Notes: generated by a model from the sequence alone, not told the origin. DNA of 64,000 nucleotides from Eledone cirrhosa (GCA_964016885.1 OZ024743.1:349122001-349186000), one strand, 5' to 3'. Shown: positions 41,831 to 58,600, numbered from the stretch's first letter. Numbers and translations: made by a program.

Positions 41831-43066
41831 ATATATATAGGTAAATAATTGTGGCGTATGGAAACAGAAGGAAGGACGTTTCGGATCATCATCTCTATAA
41901 AAGTAGAGTAATAAACGGAAAGAATAAGAAATAAGAGATGGAAAGATAGCAAGATTCTGGGAAAATGTAGTTTAAATGTCAACAACATTTTAAATGTGTG
42001 TGTATGTATATATATATATATATATATAAAAATATACGTTCTGTACTGAAAATGCGAAGATTAAATGAAAGTTCTGTATGAGCGTAACATGAATTATGCA
42101 AATGTATGTTAATAAATTTTCATGGCCACTAAAATATTATTAAATCTGTCAATAAGTTTAGATATTTACTTACTAGAATGTGTAATATAATGTGCACTAA
42201 CCTGAAAATTGAACTTATGATCAAGAGGAAGACTTGGGAATCTAACCATAGGTTGTCCTGACTAGGCTATTATTCCACACGATATTTATGAAATTACATT
42301 TAAGAGATTTAAACATAAGTTTTATTCATCATAGCCATATTGTAATTATTTTTAAAAATACCGAAATTTCTCCATTTATATTTTTCAAAATTAATCAGTT
42401 CATACAATATCCTGTGCATATAGTAAACAAATATAAAGTACATAAAATTTGAGCAAACAAAAATATCAAGACAAAAAACAAGCACTGGTGTTGACACGAT
42501 CGACTAAATCCCTTGAATACGGTACTACAGTATGGCCGCAATCTAGTGACTGAAACCATTAAAAGAAGAAAAAAAACGAATATCTGGCAAAATAAATGTG
42601 ATTGTTGCTTGAGAAAATATCATAAATTTCCATGTGTGTCTAAACTGCATTGAAAGGTTTCTGAACTTAAATTATAGTCTCACTAAATATATCACAGGAA
42701 TAAATAGGCGGAGGTGGACCCGTAATGGGAGATGGAGCTCACAGGACAATGTGTGTTTGTATGTGTGTTATGTGTGAGAAGGTGGGGGAGAAAGTGTGAT
42801 AAGAGATAAATGTCATTCGACCTATTTAGATAAATCGAGAAATAACATTTTTTATTTTCTTTCTAAAAAAAAATTCATCAAATCATTTATCGTTGCAACG
42901 GAAAAAAATCTGAATAATTGAATACGGAATAAATCTTCAGCGTATGTACATATGTATGCATGGATGTATGTATCGTTGTATGTATGTATGTATGTACGTA
43001 TGTATGTATAAATGAATGAATGCATGCATATATCCAAATAAATGAACACACACACACATACACACC

Positions 43067-43120
<54 letters not shown>

Positions 43121-43129
43121 GAGAGAGAG

Positions 43130-43181
<52 letters not shown>

Positions 43182-43718
43182 TGAGAGAAAGAAGGAGAGA
43201 GAGAGAGATGAATAGATAGATAGATCATGAATTTTTCACTTTTATACTAGTAAGACCATTATTCAGTAAAGTACTTAATACTTGGTATAGGGCAGTGTAA
43301 ATATATTAGAGGCTCTGAGACCGAGGCTGAGCACCAGCCGTTTTGACAACAAATTCCAGATTCTGGAATTTGTGTCGAAACGGGAATAGCTCATTGGGGA
43401 GCAGAATATCAATAATAATTAATAGGGAACGAATAATCACTATTGCATTATATTCAATTGCATATTACATATGTATACGATGCAATGTTGTTTCTTCGTT
43501 CTCTATTTAACATAATTATTATCATTTTATATATATAATAGCCGTTTTGGAAACCTCAACAATGGAGATGGGTAAAACTCCGAGTAAAAAAATCAGGTGG
43601 TATTGAGAAAGCGAGATGTAAGAGGAAGCGAAGAAAGGGACGCAGAGAGCAGAAAATAACTTAGGAAAAATGTAATAAATAACACGAGATAGAGTTACTC
43701 TGGAAGTGAATTAATAGT

Positions 43719-43754
43719 CCCTATATTTCGGATTTCACATCCATCACCAGTGGG
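43719..43754 (-). ncRNA. Decayed hammerhead-like motif
   Basis: CCCA CTGGTGA T-GGAT gtgaa ATCC GAAA TA TA GGG. A6 is changed to G and stem I is imperfect. Confidence 0.4.
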
Positions 43755-46055
43755 TTTTCTGAGGGGAAAGAGTTGTGTCAGAAAAGGACAACACGTGCCC
43801 TTCGTTGGTTACCGTATGTTACCAATGTAAACAACGCACACATTTTCAAAGATATGTCATACACACATACACACATATTTTGAAATAATTGTTATACACA
43901 CACATATATATATATAAATATATATGTGTGTGTGTGTGAGTGTGCTTCTGTACGCGTATGTGCGTTTGTGTGTTTGTGTGTTTGCGTGTATTACACAAAT
44001 ATTTTAATTAAAAATGGTATTATAAATTTGTAACCATTCTCTTTCTCGTCATATTAAATTGGATATATTGAAATTTCAACAAGAAATAAAAGGCGCAACT
44101 CTGTGAAAAGGAAGAGAAAGGAATTGAACAGAATTCTAACTAAGTTATATATATATTTGGTATTTTGCGAATGATTGATTCCTGGCCAAAATTTTCGCAT
44201 GATTTGTACTTTTATTTTCGGCAGATTGTTAGTTGCCTTCCATCTCTCTAAATCACTACACCGCATATTTCTTTATGTATCTCCTCTCCTCTGCATGCTT
44301 CTGTGATACTATCATTTCATAGATGTATCACTATTAGGTATTGTTTTCTGTCGACATCAGTCGACGTTAGACCCATGGAACAAATAAGATGTTTTAAAAT
44401 TTAATTGTTTACTGTATAATATAACTTGGGATCGTTTAAGTGAAACTTTTTACTATTTCTTAATATTGCATATTTGCGTTGCTGGGTTTCCTACATATGA
44501 CTAGTTAACACATGCTTATATATTGTGTCTAGATGAGTTTGTTTGTAGACTTCAGAAGATAGTTGATCATGACAGCAACTTTTTCGTGTACTCTACTAAT
44601 TGTAACTCCAATAATATTTCAATATTATAATGGATTGAATAACACCGTGTAAACATATTATTGAACAATTATGTCAACAAGCAATAGATGTGTAATATGG
44701 AGAAATATATCTTATTTCATAAACGATCAATACATTTTATATCTTTCTGACATGTTAAAAGTAAAGACATATGTAAAATATATTAATGTAAGATAAGCTT
44801 TTCTTTAAGTATTTGGTATTATAATGGTAACTCAATACGTTGCGTAGACGCTTAATCAGATTTCTGCTGGCCTTTGCTATTTAACTCTTGGAAAGCAATG
44901 ATCGAGCAATTCGTTCCAGCTTTGATCATCATAACAGTTTGTATATCAGAGACTAGATTATCTAATGTATTCTTTCATTTAAAATACAGTTGGTGTTAGA
45001 CGATTTATACGGAGGTTCGGCAATTATTTTAAGCAGATCAATTTACCACGGAGAGTCACGATCACTGTATTCTGGTTTATCCCTGTTGTGATAACAAGAT
45101 GCCGTGCATATATGACTTATCATGTATAAACACAGTAGATAGTTACAAATATCATACAATGGAACGTCTGTACAATATGAGAGGCATGTGTACAGCTGAA
45201 ATGGCCACAGTTGTGTAGCTTAAGGCAGAAAGTGAGAGCCTCGTTTATATATATCTATCATTGTCACAAGGCCACGTTTTTTCGGGGAGTGTACAGATAA
45301 TTGAATCAACTCTATTAGTTCACTGCTGCTTTTTTATCGACCATGACAGAGGAAAATAAAAATGCAATTGGAAATCATAATGCAAAGAGGTAAAACTCAA
45401 AGCAACTGGGCTTTTTACACAGGTAATCAATTTAATTATATACATTATTGTGTAAAATAACTAAATCGAAATCTATTTGTACCGAGAGAGAGAGGGAGAG
45501 AGAGAAAGAGAAAGAGAGAGAGAGAGAGAGGGGGGTAGAAAGAGAGAGAGAGAATAATTAAATATCCAACAGGGGAAAATGTAACCGGTCATGCAACATT
45601 GCAGATGTAAGCAACCGAATTTCTCAAATAGCGCTGAATCGTCTTTAAAATGCCAGGAAACAGTAGAAATTCGGATATTGTCGTCTAAATAAGCTACATC
45701 TGAATAAATAATGTTGTGTATGTTAGGAAAACATTTACTCATAAGTCTGCCAAATCAGCTTTCCAAAAACAACGGTGGAGTTTATAATATATATTTATGA
45801 AATACAATTATATATTATATATTAACAATGAATGAAGACACATCCACTGACACACATAACACACACACACACACATCATGTGTGCAAAGACACTCACATA
45901 CTCGGACACAAGCATTCACACTCGGTGAAACACTCACACATATATGTGTGTATGTATGTTTGTTTTTATTATCTCCTTGCCCTGAAATGTATTCATATAA
46001 TTTTGTAATCGTATGATATTCGTCAAAGAACTGAACTGGAATGGTTTCTCAGGGT

Positions 46056-46162
<107 letters not shown>

Positions 46163-46171
46163 TAGAGAGAT

Positions 46172-46251
<80 letters not shown>

Positions 46252-46990
46252 GAGAGAGAGAGAGAGTAGCAATATATATTCCTATATATGAATTCCATCA
46301 TAGTTTTATGTAAGAATCATGTAACGTTATATTACGGCTGTGAAATTTAGTCGTCCAATTTCTAAAATATTTCACCTTCAATTAATCGCATTTCAACGTG
46401 TATGACTCATATGAATGATCAAATCTAGTTAAAGTTTAGTTTTCTATACTGTGCATGATGCAGGTTTTTTTTACTCCCACAGGATTTCTATACATACAAA
46501 TATAATTTTGGAACGAAATATTTTTTGTTTAAGTTACACTTGACACGATAAATGGAAGAAAATATAATATCGAGAAATGTTTGAAATCAAAATATAATCG
46601 TACGAAATATCATGAATTTTTAACATAATTCTACATTAAGTTGTATAAGAATAATTTCATAGTGGCGATAACACGAAATGTTTAATTAAGATATAGAATG
46701 AAATATAAATTTGACCATGAGACAATTACATAAAAGACTATATAGTAATATAAATGAACATTTCTGTCTGGAATATAAATATATATTTCTATTTTCGTAT
46801 ACAACGTCACGATATTTTCAATGGACTCATACAATTTTTAACTATGACTCAACCGTCGTTTTGTTTGATTTGTATAACGGAGTAAAGTTAAAGGGGAGTA
46901 AAGTGAATTTGAACCTCATCAGGATATAAAGACTCGTTTTTTTCGGAGGATGGGTGCGATTTACCTTCTCGTGAAATTGATATGTAAATC

Positions 46991-46991
<1 letters not shown>

Positions 46992-47021
<30 letters not shown>

Positions 47022-47058
47022 CTTCTTCTTCTTCTTCTTCTTCTTCTTCTTCTTCTTC
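46992..47058. repeat. (TTC)n microsatellite
   Basis: Direct reading; source of the poly-Glu ORF. Confidence 0.95.
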
Positions 47059-47059
47059 T

Positions 47060-48985
47060 ACACATACACATAAACCTTCGTTACTGAACAGCGCTCCTAT
47101 CCTCGATTGGGCGCTCTTACTCTCACCCTCACAGGGAGCTCCCTGCGGCACATGTGCCACAATGAACAGAAGAACGAGAAGCCTGAACTGTTCAGCGTGT
47201 GACAGTGTCCATTACCTCTGTCGTGTCGGGTTGAAACACTGTGATCGGACGCGTTCTGAACGTGGAGATGCAGCAGCTACTTCTTCTCCTCGACTAAGCA
47301 GATGCCTGTCCGTCACCCAACCCTTCTAGTCAACATCGCTCCGCTCAGACGACACCGCAAAATTCCCCTCATCATCCTGAAAGCAGACCGGTTGCCATTG
47401 ACCGAGGAATTCGCGGCCTCGATCTGCAAATCCCTGCACTCCAATCGAAACAGTGATTGGGAGCGATTTGTTTATTTCGCTCCACTCACCTTCAGCCGCC
47501 CCAAATCTGTTTACATACAAAGCAGCTTGACAACAGTGGCACTGGTCAAAGCCAACAACTCGAACTCCAGGCATATGCCAATACCCAGTGTGTTTGAGCA
47601 GGCCTCATACCACACAATCATGTGTTCGCTATCCTCCAGCCTTGATGACAGTTCATAGCGTTTACGAACGTGCCGAGGGTGATATCTCGGTTACTGTCAG
47701 AGTAGTCGCCTCTGAAGACACCGTCCTCTAACCTAACAAGTAGCTGCTGGCTACCCTCCGGCGCAAAAATGTGGGGCCATTTGCTGAACTCAGTGAGCCA
47801 TAGAGTCATTTGAGGTCAAACCAATCTACGTGGCTCCGAGTTCTTTCTGGGGTTTTTCTCTTCTAGCAACAGTGAAGGCACCGATGGCATCAAACCGGGC
47901 TACCTCAATGACTTGGTGTCTCCCATCACTGCTGAAGCCATGTGCCGCCTGCTGAGTGCCATTGCGACCTTTCACCAGCATGTTCATTCACGATGCCCTG
48001 GATAATTATTCCCGAGGCATCACCTTTGCTGACCACCTCTCCGCTCAAGCAGTCCAGCGCAGGTATCTGTTGGGCCCCTTCTCTTTGCTCTAGGACTGTA
48101 CAGCGTTGATCAGAGAAGCACAGCTCCTTCCAACGTCTAGTATCTAGACAATACGACGATAGATGGGTCTTCAGAGATTGTCTGTCAGAATACCAATCAG
48201 TGGTGCGCGCTTTGGTAAAGATCGGCCTCGAAATCAACTCGTCCAAGTCGGAGTTCGTGCTTGTCAATTACGACGAAGATGTCATCGCGTTCTCTTCTAT
48301 TTCAGACATACGATCATCACTCTATTAGGTGCAGGTGTCCTTATACTCTGTTGCTAGTCCTCCCACCTGTAATTCGCTCTACCATCAAGTTCATACTACG
48401 CCAGTTACACACCCAAACGAATAGACTGATTCCCACCCAGCTTTATCTCGCAAATGCCACTGCGGGACATCTGTTTTCGATCTCCGCCCACTGTGATGCC
48501 GTTACAGTACAAGCCGCCTGCTTTACCATGCTGCTCTAAACGAGATCATAAAGCATGGTCTGGACGGCGCAGGCTTACCTTCGTAGCTTGAACCAGTTAA
48601 GCTTGACCAGGAGGACGGAATGGGCTAGACGGCATGACAATCTGCCCGTTCCGTTCGAGTAGGCCCCTCATCTGGGATGCTACCTGATGTGACACTTTCC
48701 CTAATGGCAACCAGGAGCGTTCGGCTACCTGTCCAGCCACTTCTTCCTGACAGGCCGAAGAGGGCAAACTGTCCAGGTATCGGCCTCTCTTTCATACCTT
48801 TGCCTTTAGCAGTGGAGACTTCAAGCGTTCTTGGCTCCCGGGCCACACCCCTGCTCACTTCTATTTGCGCGGAGTTGACTACCCACAGATGCAAGCCCCG
48901 AGATGTGGATGTGGCTGTTCTAGCGCGTCCCCTTCATATTCTCCAGGGCAATGAGGCGGAGGGTAAGTTAATTGGAGATGGATGA
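47060..48985 (+). mobile_element. Decayed, internally deleted CRE-clade-like RLE retrotransposon
   Basis: GC-rich island. Pieces include GTDGIKPGYLNDLVS, HAALNEIIKHGLDGAGLPS*LEP, LIWDAT and FIPLPLAVETSSVLG...ILQGNEA, homologous to the 6.2-7.3 kb element. Confidence 0.7.
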
Positions 48986-50146
48986 TAGTCATTCGGACGT
49001 CGCTCTTATAAACACCCCCACAAATAGACAAAATGTATGTATATAGCCGAAAACATACAACATATTCCAAATTTTATCATTTATGAAAAATGTGTCTGAA
49101 TAACCTTTCTGTATATATAATTATTCTGGGTGCTATCGTGTAACGCGTGTCTGCAACTCAATATAAATACACACTAAAATGAATAGAACTATGACCACAA
49201 AGATGTATAGTGATATACGAGAAACTTCAGTATAAAAAGACCTATGTATAATTGAAATATGTAACACTGGGTTATATATCCATTCAATGTATATCAAAGA
49301 ATTATGTATACAATGTTAGATACACAGTATGGGAAAATCTTACAGTGTGATGCGTCAAGCAAAACACCACAAAGGTGTGTATAAGTCTCGACTTCGTTAG
49401 ACAGTAATAAGAAAGAAAGGATGAGAGAAAGAATGGAAGAAAGAAAGAAGAAAAATACAGGATATATAATTCAGTTAGGTGTTGCATTGTCAGGTAGGGT
49501 TTATTTGTCAGCTATAGATAATAGAGATGCTGTTATTGATGTGTATGGTGACCGTGATGTCAGCATCTATGGCGGTAACTTCTGGGAGGGCATGTAAGAA
49601 GAGAGAATAAAAGGGGGCGGTTTAGGGCCTTCGTATTTCATTCGTTTATCTAAAGTTGAATGAAAAATAAACAAAGTAAATTAACAAAGAGAGGAAAAGG
49701 AAAAATTCAAAATAAATCCCTATTTTCCTCTAGTTTCTTTTCAAGAGAATTCTTTGAAAATTGACACCCGGAAATAGTCGATACAACTAAATAACCAGAA
49801 AGGCAAAAATAAAATAAAACATTGAATATACATAAATAAGGCAAAAATAAACTAAAACATTGAATATACATAAATAAAATAAAACATTGAATCTATTTAA
49901 ATCTAAAAAAAAAACACACAATCAGAGCAAAGAGAACATTATGACAATGAATAGCGTTGAGATCAGAAATAATAAAATAATAAAAAAAAAAGCCAAAACC
50001 AAAGAACAAGGATAGCAGTAACAATAAAAATAACAAAACTACCATATTAGTAGTTTTTATGTTGAGGTTGTAACTTCTATCCACCCTTATACTTAGGTAA
50101 GGTTTCAATTCCTTTCTCATCTATTTTCACCAGAAGAAAACATATA

Positions 50147-50330
50147 TAATAGTTTCTACTTTTGGCACAAGGCCAGGAATTATTCCAGTACATTACTGGT
50201 ACTTTATTTTATCGACGGCGTAAGGATGAAAGACAAAGTCAACCTAGACGGGATTTGAACGCAGACCGTAAGGGGCCGTAACTCGGTGCTGCAAATCATG
50301 GTGTCTGACCCTCTACCAATACTGCCAATG
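50147..50330 (-). mobile_element. tRNA-derived SINE (further old copy at ~51897-52040)
   Basis: Near full-length match to the 15.2 kb copies. Confidence 0.85.
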
Positions 50331-50350
50331 CACCGAAAACATATAATAGA

Positions 50351-50481
50351 AATATACATGCATACATACATAGATATATACATGCATACATACATAGATA
50401 TATACATGCATACATACATAGATATATACATGCATACATACATAGATATATACATGCATACATACATAGATATATACATGC
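50351..50481. repeat. 24-bp tandem repeat (atatacatgcatacatacatagat) x ~5.5
   Basis: Direct reading; gives the periodic IYMHTYID ORF. Confidence 0.9.
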
Positions 50482-52378
50482 AAACATGGTGGCTGCCAAC
50501 TCGTTTTCGAGTACGGCCACTACTTTATATCCATGTAGCAGAACCCTTACCGATGCGCTGAACGAGTGTGACTTTTTAGTCCAGCCAGCGACTTGAAAAC
50601 TCTGGTACAAACACTACACTTGTGACAATTATTGACACATAGTGCTGGGCCCATGGTACCATGTGACGACAAGTGTAGAGAGATCTCCAGATATAAAGCA
50701 ATGCCTGTGCCGTGAAGCTTTTATAGTGAGCAAAGGCACTGCACAGAGCCAGTCCCACTCTCTTAACCAAGATGATATTTACCAAAAAGAAGAACAAGTC
50801 AACATCATTGGATACCATTAGGGTTACAGGTGTTATATCAGAGTTTTCCTTCTCCTAGAATTCTGCCTTGACAAAGGCTAAAGGGTCATCTCTCCCAGTG
50901 ATTTTGGATGGCCATTGACTCTTAAGAGCTCCTTTGCCCTTTTACATGCAAACATACATGCAAACATACATGCATACATACATACAACATACATACACAC
51001 AAGTGCCTACACGCACACTGATATATATATGTATTCATATAGGTATGTATGTATGCATGTATGTATGTACGCATCTGTGTCTATTATCTATAATGATTGT
51101 TATAAGAAAATATATATTCTAAAAAACACTAAAAATACTAAAATATTATAATTTTTAAAAATTAGATTTATTGAATTTTAGCACATTTAAAGATATTTAT
51201 TTGAAAACCTCACTTAATCTTGATTATAGAAATATGCAAAATATCATCTAGATGACTTCGATTGAAGAGAATGAATGGTTGGGTCAGTAGCGTGTATGCG
51301 ATATGGACAAAGACTGAGGTGTCATTAACCTCGCATGGCTTAACTGAATGAGAGTGTAAGTTTTAAGTCCCATAATACTAACTGACTCCAAAAGACAATA
51401 CTGATGATAATGTGTTGTATCCATCGACGCTTGAAGATTGTATATTGTTCAGCTTTAGTAGTTAATTAAAAAATTGTTTCTTACTCATATTACTCATAAA
51501 AGTGTGTTAATAGATGTTGCAGGACACGACGAATACTTTTTAGAGCTTCTTACATTTGACAATTGGTTGCTGGGGATTTTGATATTGCACCTTCTTGATC
51601 TAAAGCATACTCTGGGATAAGATTCCCATCAGATAAAGCCGAAAGTCAATCGCATTAATCCTTCTGAGTGGAAGAGTTTCAAATTTACCCTTGTCATGTA
51701 CAGGAAACAATTGTTTTAGTAAATCATTTGGGGCTGTATCAAGAATTACATATGTAATAAGCTTTAATTTCAATGAGTTTGTCATTGATTTAGGAAATGT
51801 TTCCTTTTAAAATCAAGACCAGCAGCTCTGCGCTGAATAATTTTCAGCAACTCAACGTATTACGATATATTAAAGTTTCTTAATTATTTCTACGATAATA
51901 ATTGTTTCTGATTTAGACACAAGACAAACAATTTTCAGCGGAAAAATCCAATTAAATCGACCGCAATGCGTTACTAGTACTTTATCTTGCCTACCCCGTG
52001 AGTATGAAAAGCAAAGTTAAACTCAGAGAGATTTGAAATCGTATTTGTGCAATAATAATGAAATATGTTTTAATAATGAAATACAGCCGATGTATTTCAA
52101 TAGGAAACAGTGTATTTGGCTAACTCGTAGATACCATTAAGAAACAAACATACAAACGTTTCTTCTCTAACTCACTCACGCACGATCTTAAAGATGGCTG
52201 GTAAAGTAAAAGAAATATGACGTCAATAATTATCTGAATTACAAATGCAGTTTACTGGAAGATTTTGACATAAATATCCGTAAATTTGACTCTAATATAC
52301 ATGTTGGGATATATACATTACCAGTAACACTACGCCGGGATTCATTATAGAGGCATATAAAAGCATATAGAATATGTT

Positions 52379-52456
<78 letters not shown>

Positions 52457-52626
52457 TACACAAAAATCAAAACGATGTTCAAAACATTTTATTGCTGACA
52501 TTCGTTTCTTCCAAACTTTCGGTTGCATTCATCGGAGCACAAGCAAAGTTTGGACATATAATTAACTTCCTATTCAACTGAATATATAGATATATGGATA
52601 TTAATGTTATCAACAGTTTCATACTT

Positions 52627-52742
52627 ACAGAGTGGAATGGAAGTGACAGAGATTACAAGACAATTGTATAATAATTAAAGAGGCACAAAGTGGAATGCAA
52701 GTGACAGATATTACAAGAGAATAGTATAATAATTAAAGAGGC
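52627..52742. repeat. 58-bp tandem duplication
   Basis: aca.agtggaatg.aagtgacaga.attacaaga.aat.gtataataattaaagaggc occurs twice. Confidence 0.85.
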
Positions 52743-53337
52743 ATTAATGCAGAATTTTACTCGTAAAACGAGGACATTAGCAGTACATATTCAAGCGTAT
52801 AGAGAGTGCAAATGCGTTAGGCATATACAAGACAGCTAGTTAGGAAACAAGCAATGGTACTAGGCATACATAATTACTGTATGGCAAAGGTATCACAGAA
52901 AATGACACAGGTTTACAATCATATCAACAGACAAAGATATTTGTTTATTAAAATTATGGATGGATGTAGTGTGATAATTGTTTCTGTAATGTTCAAATGT
53001 GCATGCGTTGAGAGTATTAATACTATTGTTTTCTTTTCCTTTGGTTATATTTTATTTAAGTGAATGTTTATAATTAATTACAGCTATGGATTACATATTG
53101 GTCCTATTATACTGTTATCCAGGGTTCGAGTTGTTCTGGAGTGATTCTTCTAACGGTTTAATTTCCGTAACATAGTTTTGATTATTGTGTAATTTATATT
53201 CCTGCTTGTAAAACATATGATGCTGATGCATTTACATTGAGTTATTTTTCTTACTGGTAATAAGGTAGTAATGAATTACTGACCTTTCCTGTTTATAGTT
53301 GTATATAGTGTATATATAACTATAAATAATATTATTA

Positions 53338-53412
<75 letters not shown>

Positions 53413-53822
53413 AAGGAAACGACAAAACAGAGATATAAAAAGTCTTATTAGCTACATGTTTTATATAGAAAAGGGAAAGAAAGATCAACATGTCGGGCTT
53501 TAACACTTCTTCGGGAGTACAAAACTAGAGATAAGATCACATAGGATAAATACATAAAATAAAAGGTAATCCGTAGTGAAAAAAAAAACGAAAATAATGA
53601 GAGTAAACAAGACAAACCGTTAGGTAGTCTTGGTAACGATTTTGGAAGGCAAATTGAAATGTGTTAAAAAGTGTCGATATTAAGTTTCAGTGTGTTTATT
53701 TAAATATATATATATATATTTTGTATCGATCGTGTTGTTATATCTGTTTACCTTTTACATATATATATATATGTGTGTGTGCGTGCGTGTGTGTGTGTGT
53801 GTGCGTGTGTGTGTATGTGTGT

Positions 53823-53889
<67 letters not shown>

Positions 53890-54295
53890 GTATGCTTTGT
53901 TCATTTCTAATTTAGATACAAGGCCACCAAATTTGGGGAAAGGGCAAAGTTCATCATTGCTTCAAAAGAGATTAAAGAAACTAAAACAGCTGATAGTTAA
54001 ATTATTGTGAACATAAATTCGAATAGAACTAAATTTTTGTGTCATAATTTGATCACCGGCAACGTTACGTAATTAATCAACAACAGTTCACCTTGATGTC
54101 AGGATAAATATGAATGAAAAGTAGTTTACGGACACGCAAAAAAAGGTTTGTTCAATAGTAGTATCCACATGTGATAGAGTTGCTAAAAAAGGATTTTACA
54201 AATAAATAAATCCTAGTATACCTTATTTAATATTTCCCCTATCTATACATATGTATACGTGGAACTATGTATGCATGTATATATATATATATATA

Positions 54296-54808
<513 letters not shown>

Positions 54809-54924
54809 CATATGAGCTAAGCCATCGGTGTCATGACTCTTTTCCTACAACCCACTCTACTCCCATAAGTATCGAGTACGCTGGTGCGTTATGGTCCACC
54901 TGGTGTCTTACCATACCATATTTG

Positions 54925-55032
<108 letters not shown>

Positions 55033-55083
55033 GTATATATATATATATAATATATATATATATATATAACAATATATATATAT

Positions 55084-55139
<56 letters not shown>

Positions 55140-55572
55140 CAATATATAAGACTTTTTCTCTATTTGCTAAACCTTGATTTTATATGTTCTGGCTCGTTAA
55201 CTTATTAAGCTGCATAGAACCATATTGGCATACGGTTGGATAATACTTTTATTCCTATGTGTATTTTTTACACGTAGGAACACATACTTTATTATTATTA
55301 ATCTCCCCTAAGATAGAGATAACATTTTGGTCGTTTGAACTGCTTCTAGTGGCAGGACATTGACCTGTCCACCCTTGCCTTCTGTCTTTACACACGGCAC
55401 TAGACAGAATTGGTCCCTTCCTCATTCACTCTCATCTGGGAACAGTGTTCTATGGCGCCAGTTTGTGATTTGAACTCGGGAATTTTGCTCTACGGTTCTT
55501 ATATATTTGATATATATATGTATCCTTATCGAGTCCTCTTTGGATTTTAGTCTTCGAATTTATTATTATTAC

Positions 55573-55660
<88 letters not shown>

Positions 55661-55664
55661 TATA

Positions 55665-58600
55665 CTAGCTGAACTACCCGGTGATGCCCGGGTATTTTAT
55701 GAGTGTTACAATATAGTTGGCACACATTACAAAATATTTTACCATTCAAATATGATTGCTGCATTTTAACCAAAGTAGGAATTATAGCATAATATTTATT
55801 GCCGTTTGGTCAAAGTAAATCATCTAGATAAAAATATTAGTTTTTTCCAGTGGTGATTTTTTGAATAGCCTAGTACAGTCACCATATATAATGCTTTAAT
55901 CATAGAGGAATCATTAGGTATGTTGTCAGTGAAAAGGGCATGACCAAAAAAAATACATTTAGAATTTTTTTATTTATCCTTTCTTTCTTTTTCTTTTTTT
56001 TTTTGCATGTAAAGACTATTTTAAAAACCATAAATAACATAAGCAAGTGTATTTAAATTTGTACACTGTAGCTTTCACCAACCTATGCCTCTATGGCAGT
56101 AGAATCTTGTTTGATGGAGATTTGTTTTCTATTTCTATTAGCTATACCAACAGTTATAGTGGCTCTTATGACATACATAGATACATACACAAACATGTAT
56201 GTGTGTAAGACAGTTGTTTGTGATTTGAAATGGATTTTGCTAATATTTCTAATAGATGGAGTTATCACATAGAACCATTCATTTTTGCTTCATACATATA
56301 TACATACCTGAGAAAGGAAGGTGGGATTTGAAGGATATTTGGCTGCTATTTCTACCCAACAAAGTCCTCACTTATACTACTTTATATAGGAGAGGTACCC
56401 GGGAATGCCTGCATATTCTTCAAAAGGAACACCATGCAGTAAATTTGCGGATTCAGAATTCCTTGGAAACTTCATGACTAAGGTTATTAGGATCTGTGTG
56501 TATTGTCATTGAATAAGGAATTACGACACTGCTCATTACAAAGCCTCTGGATAAACAACATTCTTGGTTTTGCCTTGTGGTGCCACAATGAAGAGACAAT
56601 CAGGGTTCCCAACCCTTGTTGTGCCAACATAGATTTGACCATGTGAAAAGACAGGATCTGCGAGATTCAACCCAACGACTTTCAATGATTGCCCTTGAGA
56701 TTTATTAATGATCATGGCAAAACTGAGCCTTATCGGAAATTGAAGTCTTTGAAATTCAAATGGCAAATCAGTTGGCTTCAGAGGTATTCTAGGAATGAAA
56801 CAATTGTCACCAGCAAATTTTCCTGACATGATTGCAGCTTCTAGAACATCGGACATCATATGTTTGATGATGAGTCTTGTGCCATTACAAAATATTGGAG
56901 GATCCAGATTGCGAAGTAGCATAACCGATGCTCCAAGCTTCTGTATCATGTCCTGTGGAGGAATTCCCGCTTGTTCAAGACTGTTCAAAAATGCAGTTTG
57001 ATAGTTTACCACCTGGTCTTCAGAAGTGATTGTTTGAACTGATTTGTAGCATATTTTCTCTCCCGGTAACATCTCCAGCAGCCTTCTGTTGATTTCTTTC
57101 ACAGCAACATTTTTAGGTGCTAAGATTGTTCGTTCACAGATCCATTTCGGATCATATTGTCTGGTCTAAATGTTTGGAAACATTCTGGCAATCAGTTCTT
57201 GTTCTGTGTCAATGATATGGCCAAATGACAACTGAATATGGTAATTGGAGTCCTTTTCAGAAGTCCATTTCCCAATTTAAGTAGTTGGATGGCAAACTCA
57301 CCGACACCTTCATCACCAGTTAAGTGCACTCGCATGTTGGTTGTAAGGCTCAGTAGATAAAAGTGGGGCCATAAATAGGATGTTTTCAGACAGGTATTGA
57401 CCTGATCATCTCGAATCTTTCGAAGAATTACAGGCAGAGTTTGTCTGAAATCACGAGCAAGAACCATTGTCACTCCTCCCATTATGCAACTATTTTCTCT
57501 CAGATCCCTTATCGTCCGGTCCAAAGCTTCAATTTCTCCTTTATAGCTCATAGTAACTTCATCCTAAATTATCATATTGCATGTTTGCAGAAGCTTGCCC
57601 CTGGGTGAGTTCTTCTTGATGTTGCAAAAAGATTGTTCATGCTGTGTGAGATCTATGGACAGCTTAAACATGGAGTGTGCAGTTCTTCCTCCATCCAGAA
57701 GTGTTGCTGCAATGCCACTTGAAGCCACAGCAAGGGCAATATGTTGCTTGTGGCGAACTGTTGCAAGCAGGAGGTTTATAAGGAGTGCCAGCAGGAGCAT
57801 CGATCAAGAAAAGTCCTCCACTGTCATTTTGAATGTTTTCGACGATATTGTGGTAGGCGTATTTCTGGTCATCCATCAATCGAGGTTCATTTTCATCCTC
57901 AAACTTACGCAATGCTTGAATATCGTAGTTATTCTCATAAAAAAGTATTGTACTACCTCCATTTCTTCATCTGGCTCTGGCATCTCGCAGTTAGCTAATG
58001 TGCTATTTATTGCCTGAACTCGATGGGACAGGTCACAGACAGCTTGACTGTAAATCCTGGGGGTATATTCCATATACATATTGCCATGATGTCTTCGGGC
58101 TAGATGTAGATAGTCGTCCGACATATTGTTTTTGTACTCTGGCCAGTGTAGATGAGCTTCATCAATTCCACATGCTATGAGCATAATAGCAAATAATTGT
58201 CTTATTTGACTGACTACTTGAGTGATTGCTGCTTCTTCTAGTCACTTCTTCCAGTGTCCATTGTGATGCAGGAGTCCATGCTGTTTACATGATTCTTGGT
58301 ATGTTGCGCACTCCCTTCCTCTGACGCACCTAAGAAACTCAAAATTTGAGGATCTTAGGTGCTTCAGAGGTGCTCAAATGACGTTGGTCCTGGAAAAGTA
58401 GTAGCCGTAAATAATGCAGGAGTAGCCGTAATAAAAACATTCTGTTGTTGGGATTGACATTGTAAACATGCCCAATAATATCACTTGACTTGACTTCATG
58501 ACCTTCCACTAAATGACCCTGCTTTCTTTGATTCCAAGTCTTGCAATTGGTCCAGGTATAGTATGTTGGTACTTCAGCATATAGAAGGATCGAGCAAATT

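Noticed and set aside
56536-57102. Host PIF1 helicase gene
   Set aside because: Intronless, frameshifted upstream and enclosed by Helitron termini.
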